Positions 18,314 to 27,678 of a DNA stretch of 64,000 nucleotides are shown here, one piece after another. The stretch lies in assembly GCA_036490655.1 (NCBI GenBank), contig DASXDM010000001.1, positions 1,866 to 65,865 of the forward strand. Reading direction: 5' to 3'. The stretch's first letter is position 1. The number at the start of each line of letters is the position of its first letter. This stretch comes from Verrucomicrobiia bacterium. Lineage in GTDB: Bacteria > Verrucomicrobiota > Verrucomicrobiia > Limisphaerales > UBA11358. The position numbers and the translations under genes were made by a program. The notes under the pieces are model-generated. The model made no database searches and was not told where the DNA came from. It saw only the letters and a program-made list of their open reading frames with translations.

Positions 18314-20863
18314 ATGAAAGTTCTGTTTCGTCTTTTCGGTTTATGGCTGCTGCTCGCCTTCGCGCAGGCGGCATGGTCGCAGGAGTCCGGGCTGAAGATT
18401 GACCGTGTCGTGATCCAGTACGTCGGGCCGGCCTCCGTCAATGAGCAGTTCATCCGTTCCAACATCCGCGCCAAAGCCGGCGACACCTACACCCCCAACC
18501 TGACCCAGGAGGACATCCACTCCCTCTACGCCACCGAACAATTTTATAACATCCGCGCCTCGATCGAAGGGCAGGATGACGGGGGAGTGATCCTGACCTA
18601 CATCGTCCAGGCGAGGTTGCGCATCACGGACGTCAAGATCTCGGGCAACAAAGATCTCAGCGCCTCCAAGATCAGGAAAAAGATCACGGTGAAAGCCGGC
18701 GAACCGCTCGACGAGGAAAAATTGTTCACCGACACCCAGGAGATCAAGAAGCTTTACGAAAAGTACGGCTATCCCGGCACCACGGTCAAATATGTTTTCG
18801 ATTCCATGGACGAGGCGGCCGGCACGGCGTCCGTCACTTTCCAGGTTTCCGAGGCGCAGAAGATCCGCATCACCGAAGTGGACTTCGACGGCGCGACGGC
18901 GTTCACGCAGAAAGTGCTGCGCAAGCAGGTCAAGACCCGGGCGCATTGGACTTTTTCCTGGCTCACCGGCAGCGGCGTTTTCAAACAGGACCAGTTCGAC
19001 GACGACAAGGATGCCCTCGTCGAATTTTATCACAGTCATGGCTACCTCGATTTTCAGATCACCGACGTGAAGTTCGATCATCCTGATTCCCGGGTCATGG
19101 TCGTCCATTTCGTGGTCTTCGAGGGCAAACAATATCGCGTCGGCTCCGTCCGGTTGACCGGCAACAAGATTTTTACCGACGCGCAGATCCGCGATGGGCT
19201 GATCCAGATCCATGAGTACCAGCACATCAAGGGGAACCTCGGCACGAATGGCTTGCCGATGGACGTCGGCAATGTGTTCACGCCCCAGGGACTGAGCAGC
19301 AACCTGACGCTGCTCGAAGATTTTTATGGCAGCAAGGGATATATCGATTACCTGGACGACCAGTTAAATCCGCCGATGTTCCAGATCACCCGCGTCCCCA
19401 ACGTGGACAAGGGCACCATGGATATCGAGTTCAATATCCAGGCCAGCCAGAAAACGTACGTCGAGCGCATCGATATCCGCGGGAACGTCAAGACCAAGGA
19501 CAAAGTGATCCGCCGCGAGCTGGCGATCTCTCCCGGTGAAGTCTTTGATATGGTCCGGGTGAAAATCAGCCAGCAACGTCTTGAAGGGTTGCAGTATTTC
19601 GACAAGGTGGACATGGATCCCGAGCCGACCGACCCGCCGATTGCCGGCCGGAAGAACCTTGAAGTCAACGTTGAGGAGCAGGAGACCGGCAAGTTCACTC
19701 TCGGCGCCGGGTTTAGCTCCGTGAATGCATTGGTTGGTTTTGCGGAGATCGACCAGCAGAATTTTGATCTGTTCCATCCGCCGTACTTCACCGGCGGCGG
19801 TGAGCGATTCCGCCTCTTTGTCCAATTGGGGACTGAGGAGCAGGACTACGAGGCGGAGTTTGTGCATCCGTGGCTCTTCAACCGCCAATTCACCCTGGAT
19901 GTGGACATCTATCGCCACCAGTGGGATTTTGACAGCCCCAATAATATATATGACGAAACCCGCACCGGCTTTCGGGTGGGGATCACGCGGGCGCTGTCTC
20001 GTCCGGTATGGATGGACGACGTTTTTGGACCGGGCGATCTGACTGCGGGTATCGGTTACACTTTGGAAGACGTGGGTATCAGTTTGAACAGCGGTTGGAA
20101 TGATTTAGAAAATGTTCCAGGGGGTGGGGGATTCAGTCTGAATCCAAAACAGATTCAGGGCAATGTGCCGTCGGCCATTCTTTCACAAGTGGGAGACCAT
20201 GTGTTCAACCGGTTCGACACCTCCCTGGCTTACGACACGCGCAACGACGCCAAGTTGCCGAATCATGGCCAGCGTACAGAATTTGATCCTTCTTTGAGCA
20301 TGGATGACTCCACGACGTTTTACAAAGTTGAAGCCAAAACCGCCTGGTTCTTCCCCGGCTTTTTCAAAGGCCATATCCTGGAGGCCGATGGGCGGATCGG
20401 CGTGGCCAAAAGCATCAATGGTGGTGATGTTCCTTTCTACGACCGCTACTATCTGGGTGGTCTTTATTCGTTGCGTGGCTTCAAGTACCGGAATATCGGT
20501 CCGCGCGATCCGACCTTTAGCCCGACTCCTTCTTCAAATCCTGCGATAAATCCTGCAATGCCGAACGAACCGATCGGCGGTGACAGCTACTGGTATGGTT
20601 CATTGAATTACAGCATTCCCATCATCGATACGGGGAGCGGCCCGAGCATCCGCTTTGAGTTGTTTTATGACGTCGGCGATGTTGGCCAGGGTTCTTATTC
20701 GTTCTCGGGGAATTTTGATGACAACTGGGGCGCGGGTTTGCTGCTGGATATTCCCCATTTGGGACCGTTGCGCCTTGAATATGGCGTTCCGATCAGCCAT
20801 GATCAGTTCAACAGCGGCTCCGGCCAGTTCCAGTTCGGTGTCGGCTATCAAAGAGAGTTTTAA
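18314..20863 (+). CDS. bamA: outer membrane protein assembly factor BamA
   Basis: 849 aa. Signal peptide, POTRA-like repeats, a C-terminal beta-barrel (YYLGGLYSLRGF), and a terminal ...GVGYQREF ending in Phe. Confidence 0.88.
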   Translation: MKVLFRLFGLWLLLAFAQAAWSQESGLKIDRVVIQYVGPASVNEQFIRSNIRAKAGDTYTPNLTQEDIHSLYATEQFYNIRASIEGQDDGGVILTYIVQARLRITDVKISGNKDLSASKIRKKITVKAGEPLDEEKLFTDTQEIKKLYEKYGYPGTTVKYVFDSMDEAAGTASVTFQVSEAQKIRITEVDFDGATAFTQKVLRKQVKTRAHWTFSWLTGSGVFKQDQFDDDKDALVEFYHSHGYLDFQITDVKFDHPDSRVMVVHFVVFEGKQYRVGSVRLTGNKIFTDAQIRDGLIQIHEYQHIKGNLGTNGLPMDVGNVFTPQGLSSNLTLLEDFYGSKGYIDYLDDQLNPPMFQITRVPNVDKGTMDIEFNIQASQKTYVERIDIRGNVKTKDKVIRRELAISPGEVFDMVRVKISQQRLEGLQYFDKVDMDPEPTDPPIAGRKNLEVNVEEQETGKFTLGAGFSSVNALVGFAEIDQQNFDLFHPPYFTGGGERFRLFVQLGTEEQDYEAEFVHPWLFNRQFTLDVDIYRHQWDFDSPNNIYDETRTGFRVGITRALSRPVWMDDVFGPGDLTAGIGYTLEDVGISLNSGWNDLENVPGGGGFSLNPKQIQGNVPSAILSQVGDHVFNRFDTSLAYDTRNDAKLPNHGQRTEFDPSLSMDDSTTFYKVEAKTAWFFPGFFKGHILEADGRIGVAKSINGGDVPFYDRYYLGGLYSLRGFKYRNIGPRDPTFSPTPSSNPAINPAMPNEPIGGDSYWYGSLNYSIPIIDTGSGPSIRFELFYDVGDVGQGSYSFSGNFDDNWGAGLLLDIPHLGPLRLEYGVPISHDQFNSGSGQFQFGVGYQREF

Positions 20864-20864
20864 G

Positions 20865-23411
20865 ATGTTATCCGGACCGCACATATTTCGATTTTCTTCC
20901 ATCAATGCCTGGTGGGGCGAGACTCCGTCGAGCCGTGGCTCTGTGTTTCCGTTTTTTTTATTTCTCTTTTTGGCTTTCTTGAGCTCCCATGCCCCGGCCG
21001 CTCCCGTGACAATGTCCCCGGCGACTCTGCCGCTTTATTTCGAGGCGAATCACGGCCAGGCCGCCTCTTCCGCGCAATTCATCGCTCAGGGAAACCGCTC
21101 GGAATTTTTGGTTTCGCCGGGCACCGCCGAACTTGTCCTTTCCAAAACCGACCATTCATCCGCGCGCGCCCTGCAAATGCGATTCGTTGACGCTGATCCG
21201 CGCGCGCAAATTTCCGGGCGGGATGAATTATCCGGCAAGATCAATTACCTCGTCGGCAACGATTCCTCCAAATGGCAGACCGGCGTCCCCATTTTCTCCA
21301 AAGTCGGCGTCACCGGCATCTATCCGGGCGTCGATCTGGTTTATTATGGCAACGGCCGGCAACTTGAATACGACTTTGCCATCGCTCCCAAGGGAGACCC
21401 AAACTCCATCGCCATCCATTTTGACGGCGTGGACAAAATTTCCCTCCAACCCGATGGCGATCTGGCTTTGAATCTGGGCGATGACCGGATTGTCCAGCCG
21501 GGCCCCTCCATTTATCAAATAGTTCATGGGACGCGGAAGGAGATCAGCGGTGGTTATAAATTGTTGGATGCGCACACCATCGCCTTTTCGATTGGCGACT
21601 ACGATCACAGCCTGCCACTGGTCATTGATCCCATTTTGAGCTACGCCACCTATTTTGGCGGCACTGGAAATGATACCGCCTGGGCCGTGGCGGTAGATAC
21701 CAATGGTTTTGTATATGTCGCCGGTCAGACTACTTCCACTGTGTTCGTTTCAGGAAAACCTTTCTCAACCCCCGGCGCGTTCCAGATTGGTTTTGGAGGC
21801 GGCGGAATCACTGGCGACGCTTTTATTGCCAAATTTAATAATTTGGGGACGAACCTGGTTTACCTGACTTACGTGGGGGGGAGTGGGGATGATCTTGCCT
21901 ATGGAATTGCTGTGGATAATGCGGGCGATGCTTACATTACCGGAGATACTACCTCACCTAATTTTCCCACCAAAAATGCGCTTTATGGGACTATTGGCGG
22001 CAAATCACCTTATCCGGCTGACGTCTATGTATCCGAATTAAATCCAAGTGGATCAAACCTTGTATTTTCAACCTATCTGGGCGGATCCTCCCAGCAGGGA
22101 GCTTTCGATATTGCCCTCGATTCTTTCAATAATATTTACGTCACCGGCATCACTTATTCGACCAATTTTTTGGTGACTGCCAACGCCTATCAGATTCATT
22201 CGGCAGTCAGTAATTGGGTTTATCAGCCCTTTTATAATGCCAACGCTTTTGTGACCGAAATTGGCGCAGGTGGGACTAACCTGCTTTATTCATCCTATTT
22301 TGGTGGAAACAATTTGGATTCAGGTGAAGGCATCGCCGTTGACGGGTCAAATTATATATACCTGACCGGTTATACCTCATCGACGAATTTCCCGGCCACG
22401 AACGCGATCATGCAAACGGTCGTCACCATCGCCGGCACTAATTTATACAATGGCAAATTACTGAATGATTCCACCAACCAGGTCTTGGGCTTTGGCTCTG
22501 ATGTGTTTGTTGCCAAATTCACCCCGGGTTTCAGCAACTTGGTTTATTCCACATATCTGGGCGGCACGAATAGTGACGTGGCATATCGAGTGGCGCCGGA
22601 TGGCCTCGGCAATGCTTATGTGACGGGCTGGACCGTCTCGACTAATTTTCCGGTCACGATCTCCAATCCGGCCATCAACCAGAACGGCCTCACCAATAAT
22701 GCGCTTTTCGGCGGGATTGTCACAACCAATGCTTTCCTCACCAAGATCATCTGGACCGGCGCCAACGCTGTCATCGGCCCGTCCGTGGTCTTCGGCGGCA
22801 CCAATGAGTTTGATACCGACATCGGGTATGGCCTCGCGGTCGATGCCTTGGGAAATATCTATGTCACTGGTTCTTCCACCTCGACCAATTTTCCGGTTGG
22901 GAGCAATCAAGGTTCGCTGGCAGCGACTAATTTGTCCGGCGTCGCCGATGCATTTATCATCGCCTTCAGCAGCAATATTTCCAGCGTGATGTATTCGGCT
23001 TTCCTCGGTGGTTCCGCGAACAGTGCGGCCTATGGAATTGCTTTAGATCCGCTGGCCGATGCCTATATCGTCGGCCAAACAACTGCTGTGAATTTCCCGA
23101 CCAATAATGCCATGCAGACGACGTTGGAGGGTCCCAGCGATGCGTTCCTGGCCAAAATCATTTCCAGTACCACCCCACCGCCGCTTTTAGTATCGCTTCA
23201 GGGCGGGCAGGGGCAGGTCGCATGGCCTTCGGGTCTGCCATATGAGCCGGAATCTTCCCACATGTTCGAGCTGCAAACCATCACGAACCTGACATCCACA
23301 AATTGGATGGTCGTCCCGGGTTCGCCAATTTTGAGCAATAATACCTATTCAGTTGTCTTTATCCCGACAAACGGTTCGGGTTTTTACCGCCTGGAACTGA
23401 CCAATCCCTGA
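20865..23411 (+). CDS. SBBP (beta-propeller) repeat protein with C-terminal FYR-ending domain
   Basis: ATG 1 nt after the bamA stop. Signal peptide, then PLYFEANHGQ, then many repeats of the type GG.G.D.A.GIAVD..G..Y.TG.T.S.NFP. The C-terminus reads ...TNLTSTNWMVVPG...GFYRLELTNP. Confidence 0.75.
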   Translation: MLSGPHIFRFSSINAWWGETPSSRGSVFPFFLFLFLAFLSSHAPAAPVTMSPATLPLYFEANHGQAASSAQFIAQGNRSEFLVSPGTAELVLSKTDHSSARALQMRFVDADPRAQISGRDELSGKINYLVGNDSSKWQTGVPIFSKVGVTGIYPGVDLVYYGNGRQLEYDFAIAPKGDPNSIAIHFDGVDKISLQPDGDLALNLGDDRIVQPGPSIYQIVHGTRKEISGGYKLLDAHTIAFSIGDYDHSLPLVIDPILSYATYFGGTGNDTAWAVAVDTNGFVYVAGQTTSTVFVSGKPFSTPGAFQIGFGGGGITGDAFIAKFNNLGTNLVYLTYVGGSGDDLAYGIAVDNAGDAYITGDTTSPNFPTKNALYGTIGGKSPYPADVYVSELNPSGSNLVFSTYLGGSSQQGAFDIALDSFNNIYVTGITYSTNFLVTANAYQIHSAVSNWVYQPFYNANAFVTEIGAGGTNLLYSSYFGGNNLDSGEGIAVDGSNYIYLTGYTSSTNFPATNAIMQTVVTIAGTNLYNGKLLNDSTNQVLGFGSDVFVAKFTPGFSNLVYSTYLGGTNSDVAYRVAPDGLGNAYVTGWTVSTNFPVTISNPAINQNGLTNNALFGGIVTTNAFLTKIIWTGANAVIGPSVVFGGTNEFDTDIGYGLAVDALGNIYVTGSSTSTNFPVGSNQGSLAATNLSGVADAFIIAFSSNISSVMYSAFLGGSANSAAYGIALDPLADAYIVGQTTAVNFPTNNAMQTTLEGPSDAFLAKIISSTTPPPLLVSLQGGQGQVAWPSGLPYEPESSHMFELQTITNLTSTNWMVVPGSPILSNNTYSVVFIPTNGSGFYRLELTNP

Positions 23412-23462
23412 TTTTTGGTTTGGAAAAGATATATTTGTGCTAATTTATTACCTTTTATGCCC

Positions 23463-24113
23463 ATGAAAATGATGTTTCGAACAATGATTCCGGCGCTCGC
23501 GGCGCTCGTGCTGCTGGCAAACACCGCGACCGCGCAAACCAAGATCGCCACTGTGGACGTTTCCAAACTGTTCAAGGGGTATTACAAGACCAAGTACGCG
23601 CAGGCGGAGTTGGAAAAACGCAAACAGGAGATCAATAAGGATATCAGCGGAATGATGGACGACTTAAAGACGGGCAACACCGATTACCAACAGTTATTGG
23701 ATGAATCGGACGACCAGGCGCTCTCCACCGATGAGCGAAGCCAAAAGAAGCAGGCAGCCGATGCGAAATATAAGGAGATCCAGGATCAAAAAGCGGCTTT
23801 GGACCAATACGAGCGTTCCGCCAATGCCAATCTGGGGGAACAGTTCCAGCGGGCGCACGATAGGATAATCACCGACATCGACGAGCATGTGTCTGCAGCC
23901 GCAAAGGCCAGCGGCTATACAATCGTTCTGGATGTTTCCGCCCAGAGCGCTGCCAATGTTCCAACGGTCGTTTATAGCGCCTCCGAAACTGATTTGACCG
24001 ACCAGGTCCTCAAGCAACTCAATGCGGGCGCTCCCATCGATGCGACCGCGCCCAGCACACCGGATTCGAGTTTGACCTCGCCACCGCCATTAACCGGCAC
24101 GGGGGGCCAATAG
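23463..24113 (+). CDS. skp: OmpH/Skp-family periplasmic chaperone
   Basis: Signal peptide, then KIATVDVSKLFKGYYK, then a long charged coiled region. Located downstream of bamA. Confidence 0.75.
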   Translation: MKMMFRTMIPALAALVLLANTATAQTKIATVDVSKLFKGYYKTKYAQAELEKRKQEINKDISGMMDDLKTGNTDYQQLLDESDDQALSTDERSQKKQAADAKYKEIQDQKAALDQYERSANANLGEQFQRAHDRIITDIDEHVSAAAKASGYTIVLDVSAQSAANVPTVVYSASETDLTDQVLKQLNAGAPIDATAPSTPDSSLTSPPPLTGTGGQ

Positions 24114-24202
24114 TCCTGAGTATCTTCTTTTAAGAAAATCATGCTTGCCTCCCGGCAAGGAGTAGGATAGATTCCGCGCTCTTTTGCGATTGAATTAAAT
24201 TT

Positions 24203-24412
24203 ATGCGACGTCCTAAAGGCATCAAAACGAAGAAATCCGTGGCGAAACGGTTCAAAATCACCGCCACCGGCAAGGCGATGTGTTACCCCGCCGGCCGCCG
24301 CCATCTGGCCCACTCCAAAAACGCCAAGCGCCGCCGCCGTCTCGGCAAGGCGTCCGTGGTGGATCCAACGGATACGTACCGCATCACCCAGAATCTCCCG
24401 TTCAGCCACTGA
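24203..24412 (+). CDS. rpmI: 50S ribosomal protein L35
   Basis: 69 aa and very basic (KTKKSVAKRFKITATGK...). Immediately upstream of rplT. Confidence 0.9.
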   Translation: MRRPKGIKTKKSVAKRFKITATGKAMCYPAGRRHLAHSKNAKRRRRLGKASVVDPTDTYRITQNLPFSH

Positions 24413-24438
24413 TTCTGCGACAACTATTTTAGAAATTT

Positions 24439-24822
24439 ATGCGAGTAACCAATTCACCTGCCTCCCGCAAACGCCGCACACGGATGATCCGCGCGGCCAA
24501 AGGTTTCCGTCTCAAGCGGAGCAAACTGTATCGCTACGCCTCCGACGCCGTCGACCATGGCCGCGTCTATGCGTATCGCGATCGCCGCACCAAGAAGCGT
24601 AATTTCCGTTACCTCTGGCAGATCCGCATCAATGCCGCGGTCCGTTCCGCCGGCCTGACCTACAGCCGTTTTATGGAAGGTTTGAAAGCCGCCAAGTGCT
24701 CTCTCGACCGCAAGGTCCTGGCCGATATCGCCGCGCAGGACACTGCCGGTTTCGCCGAATTGGTGAACCTGGCCAAGACTGCGCTGAAGAATAAACCCGG
24801 CGCCACACTGGCCAAGGCCTGA
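24439..24822 (+). CDS. rplT: 50S ribosomal protein L20
   Basis: MRVTNSPASRKRRTRMIRAAKGFRLKRSKLYR...RRTKKRNFRYLWQIRINAA is the canonical L20 pattern. Confidence 0.92.
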   Translation: MRVTNSPASRKRRTRMIRAAKGFRLKRSKLYRYASDAVDHGRVYAYRDRRTKKRNFRYLWQIRINAAVRSAGLTYSRFMEGLKAAKCSLDRKVLADIAAQDTAGFAELVNLAKTALKNKPGATLAKA

Positions 24823-24845
24823 TCTAAGGATTAAGTTTCAACGAG

Positions 24846-24879
24846 CGGGCGGACTGAAAAGTCCGCCCGTTTTGTTTTT
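24846..24879 (+). terminator. intrinsic terminator after rplT
   Basis: Perfect 10-bp stem cgggcggact/agtccgcccg with a GAAA loop, followed by ttttgttttt. Confidence 0.8.
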
Positions 24880-24961
24880 GTTGTGGCCAGGCTGCGCCAC
24901 TCAATATCTGCTTCACGATGGATTTGCGATTGTGGCGGTGATTTCATAGACTCCCGGCTTC

Positions 24962-25969
24962 ATGGCCACAATCCTTGATGAAATTGAACCGTTGAAACAG
25001 GCCGCGCTGGCGGACCTGAAAAGCGCGCCTGACCTGGCGGCACTGGAGCAGACGAAGGGCTCGTGGATCGGGCCCAACGGGAAATTCACCGGGTTGATGA
25101 AACAACTTGGCTCGCTTTCCAAAGAGGAACGGCCTGCCGCCGGCAAATTGATCAACGCCGCCAAGGTGGAATTGGAAGCGGCACTCGGCGCGCGCCGCGA
25201 AGAGTTGGAGATGAAGGCCGCGTTGCCCAAGGAGCCGACCGATTTCACTTTGCCGGGACGCCGCCGTGCCCTGGGAAAAATGCATCCGCTCACGCAAGTC
25301 ACCGACGATATCGTTCGCGCATTTCGCAAGATCGGTTTCGCGGTGGCCGACGGCCCGGAGATCGAGGACGAGTATCATTGTTTCGATGCGCTCAATACGC
25401 CCGCCGACCATCCCGCGCGTGATGCGCAGGACACTTTTTATTTGAACACGACGGACAAGCGCCTGCTTCGCACGCATACCTCTTCTGTGCAGATCCGCGT
25501 GATGGAGAAGCAGCAACCGCCAGTGCGCATCATCGTGCCGGGCCGGGTCTATCGCCGGGACAACGCCGATGCCACGCATAACCCGACCTTTCACCAGATC
25601 GAAGGGCTTTACGTGGACAAAGGCGTGACCGTGGGCGACCTCAAGGGCACCGTAGAATTCGTGTTCCAGGAAATCATGGGCAAAGACGTGAAGATCCGGT
25701 TCCGCCCGCATTATTTCAGCTACACCGAGCCGAGCTACGAGATCGACTTCACGAATGCGCTCGTAAAAAAGATGGGCAAAGACTGGCTGGAGATCGCCGG
25801 CTGCGGCATGGTGCATCCGCAGGTGTTCGAAAACGTGGGATACGATCCGGAGACGTGGACCGGCTGGGCGTTCGGTTTTGGCATCGAACGCATCGCGATG
25901 CTGCGTTACGGCATCAATGACATCCGCCTTTTTTACGAGAATGATGTGCGGTTTTTGAGGCAGTTTTGA
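24962..25969 (+). CDS. pheS: phenylalanine--tRNA ligase alpha subunit
   Basis: HPARDAQDTFY, LLRTHTSSVQ, and FHQIEGLYVD. No pheT follows it. Confidence 0.9.
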   Translation: MATILDEIEPLKQAALADLKSAPDLAALEQTKGSWIGPNGKFTGLMKQLGSLSKEERPAAGKLINAAKVELEAALGARREELEMKAALPKEPTDFTLPGRRRALGKMHPLTQVTDDIVRAFRKIGFAVADGPEIEDEYHCFDALNTPADHPARDAQDTFYLNTTDKRLLRTHTSSVQIRVMEKQQPPVRIIVPGRVYRRDNADATHNPTFHQIEGLYVDKGVTVGDLKGTVEFVFQEIMGKDVKIRFRPHYFSYTEPSYEIDFTNALVKKMGKDWLEIAGCGMVHPQVFENVGYDPETWTGWAFGFGIERIAMLRYGINDIRLFYENDVRFLRQF

Positions 25970-26004
25970 TCCGGATTTTTAAAACCATTTAAATACAAAT
26001 TTTT

Positions 26005-27132
26005 TTGAGTTTCTTTGGCAAAATCCTGGCGGTGTGTCTTTTGGCATTCATTACAATTTCTTGCAACCCATCGACGCCCTTGGGGAATCCAGTCAATCCA
26101 ATCATCAACAATGCGGACTTACGCCGCGATATCACGGGAGAGATCATTGATGCGCACGACGGCTGTCTCCAATATTTCAACGGCCATTTTTACTTGTATG
26201 GGACCGCTTATGGAAAAACCGACGGCTTTACCAACAACAGTTTTCATGTTTACAGCTCGCCGGATTTGCAGCAGTGGACTTTAGAGGGTGATTTGCTCGG
26301 TGAGCGGACGAAGGCCATTTATTATCGTCCGTATGTTGTCTTTAATCCCAATACGCACAAATACGTGCTTTGGTATAACTGGTACTCCAGCGTCAAAGAC
26401 TGGGTGGGGCATGAAGGCGTGGCGGTCGCCGATACGCCGGCAGGACCTTTTATCATTACGAATTCCGATGTGGCTCTCGCGCACCCGAACAATGGTGATG
26501 GAAGTCTCTTTGTAGATGACGATGGGACCGGATACTTCATATACACCTCCATCGGCGACGGATACACCGAACGTGTCGAACGGTTGACGAAGGATTTTTT
26601 CCATGCGACCGGCCAGACCAGCCAGATGTTGACGGTGGGCGGTGAAGCGCCGGTGCTTTTTCGCCGCGGCAACATATATTATGCGCTTTGTGGACCTCGT
26701 TGCGCTTTCTGTCCCGAAGGCAGCGAAGTTCAAGTTTTTACTGCCACCTCGCCCCTGGGGCCGTTTACGACTCAGCCACAAGCGAATATCAATCGCCGGA
26801 CGCAATATAACGTGCAGGCCACGCCTGCCAAACAGGTTGGAGTAATGTCCGTGGATACTCCGGGTGGTGTGACAAAACTTCACCCGTCTGACAACAGCTC
26901 GATTATGCCCGCCGGGAATGTTCCGATCATTCCGGCGCAACAAACCTGGGTGGCGAGACTTCCGTCGACAAATGGAATGGTGTATTTATGGATGGGTGAT
27001 CGCTGGCAATCCTGTCCCGATGGGATTAAAGGGCATGACTTTCAATTTTGGGCACCCCTTGAATTTTCGGGTGACGGCCAGATTTTGCCCCTTAAAGGCC
27101 TGGCCTATTTTCAGTTGAACTTAAAACCTTAG
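26005..27132 (+). CDS. glycoside hydrolase family 43-like lipoprotein
   Basis: Lipobox-like signal (...ITISC). Catalytic-type motifs IIDAHDG...YLYGT, DGSLFVDDDGTGY and GEAPVLFRRGNIYYAL. GC is lower than in core genes. Confidence 0.6.
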   Translation: MSFFGKILAVCLLAFITISCNPSTPLGNPVNPIINNADLRRDITGEIIDAHDGCLQYFNGHFYLYGTAYGKTDGFTNNSFHVYSSPDLQQWTLEGDLLGERTKAIYYRPYVVFNPNTHKYVLWYNWYSSVKDWVGHEGVAVADTPAGPFIITNSDVALAHPNNGDGSLFVDDDGTGYFIYTSIGDGYTERVERLTKDFFHATGQTSQMLTVGGEAPVLFRRGNIYYALCGPRCAFCPEGSEVQVFTATSPLGPFTTQPQANINRRTQYNVQATPAKQVGVMSVDTPGGVTKLHPSDNSSIMPAGNVPIIPAQQTWVARLPSTNGMVYLWMGDRWQSCPDGIKGHDFQFWAPLEFSGDGQILPLKGLAYFQLNLKP

Positions 27133-27195
27133 CCCTGTCATTTGCGGTTTCACTTGCGTCGCGATGTCATTGGGCTACGATTATCAGGCAATATT

Positions 27196-27555
27196 TTGAA
27201 TACATTCCAAATCATTTTCACTCCCACGGCGGCCGCAGAACTGGCGCGGATGCCCAAGGAATTACAATTGGAGATCCTCGGCGATTTTCGCGGGCTGCCA
27301 CAGCAGGTTGTCGGGACGGAACTGGAGCAATTCGGGAAGCTCATCCAGGAGGGCCGTACGTTGCACCGGTACCGGATCGGGGATTACCGGATATATTTTG
27401 AGCGGCACGAACTGGGTATCCTGGTGCATCGCATCCTGAGCAAGAACACCCTCAAGGATTTTCTTTTCCGTTCCGGCCTGAAAACACCCGAGGACGAAGC
27501 GCTCCAGGAGAATCCCAAGTTCTGGGAATTGATCGAATCGGCCAAGGGGAAGTAA
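27196..27555 (+). CDS. RelE/ParE-like toxin-fold protein with no adjacent antitoxin
   Basis: FQIIFTPTAAAELARMPKE...HRYRIGDYRIYFERHELGILVHRI resembles the RelE/ParE core. TTG start at 27196; the ORF-track start is 27142. Confidence 0.45.
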   Translation: MNTFQIIFTPTAAAELARMPKELQLEILGDFRGLPQQVVGTELEQFGKLIQEGRTLHRYRIGDYRIYFERHELGILVHRILSKNTLKDFLFRSGLKTPEDEALQENPKFWELIESAKGK

Positions 27556-27678
27556 GCCAGCTCCTCACGCCGGAATGACTAAACCATAATGACGAAGGAA
27601 TTCGCAAGCGCTGATGACTGAGAAATCGTCCGCTTTCCGCTTTTCGCTTCCAGGTTTTCATGGTTATATCGCCCTGGC

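Noticed and set aside
20655-20864. N-terminal 70-codon extension of the SBBP ORF overlapping the end of bamA. Analogous extensions are at 41796-42086 before the cytidylyltransferase gene and 34783-34902 running through tRNA-Ser.
   Set aside because: The extensions overlap well-supported upstream features. Downstream ATGs give proper signal peptides or family-typical N-termini and classic stop/start junctions.
24114-24202. Possible L20-type ribosomal leader or riboswitch upstream of rpmI-rplT
   Set aside because: I could only draw a short hairpin (cttgcc/ggcaag). I could not recognise a conserved leader structure by eye, and infC is absent upstream.
24826-24838. Recurrent aggattaag-type motif in intergenic regions (24826-24838, 43831-43845, 45208-45220)
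   Set aside because: The motif is short and low-complexity, and 9-11-mers recur by chance many times in 64 kb. I could not establish consistent spacing or orientation relative to genes.
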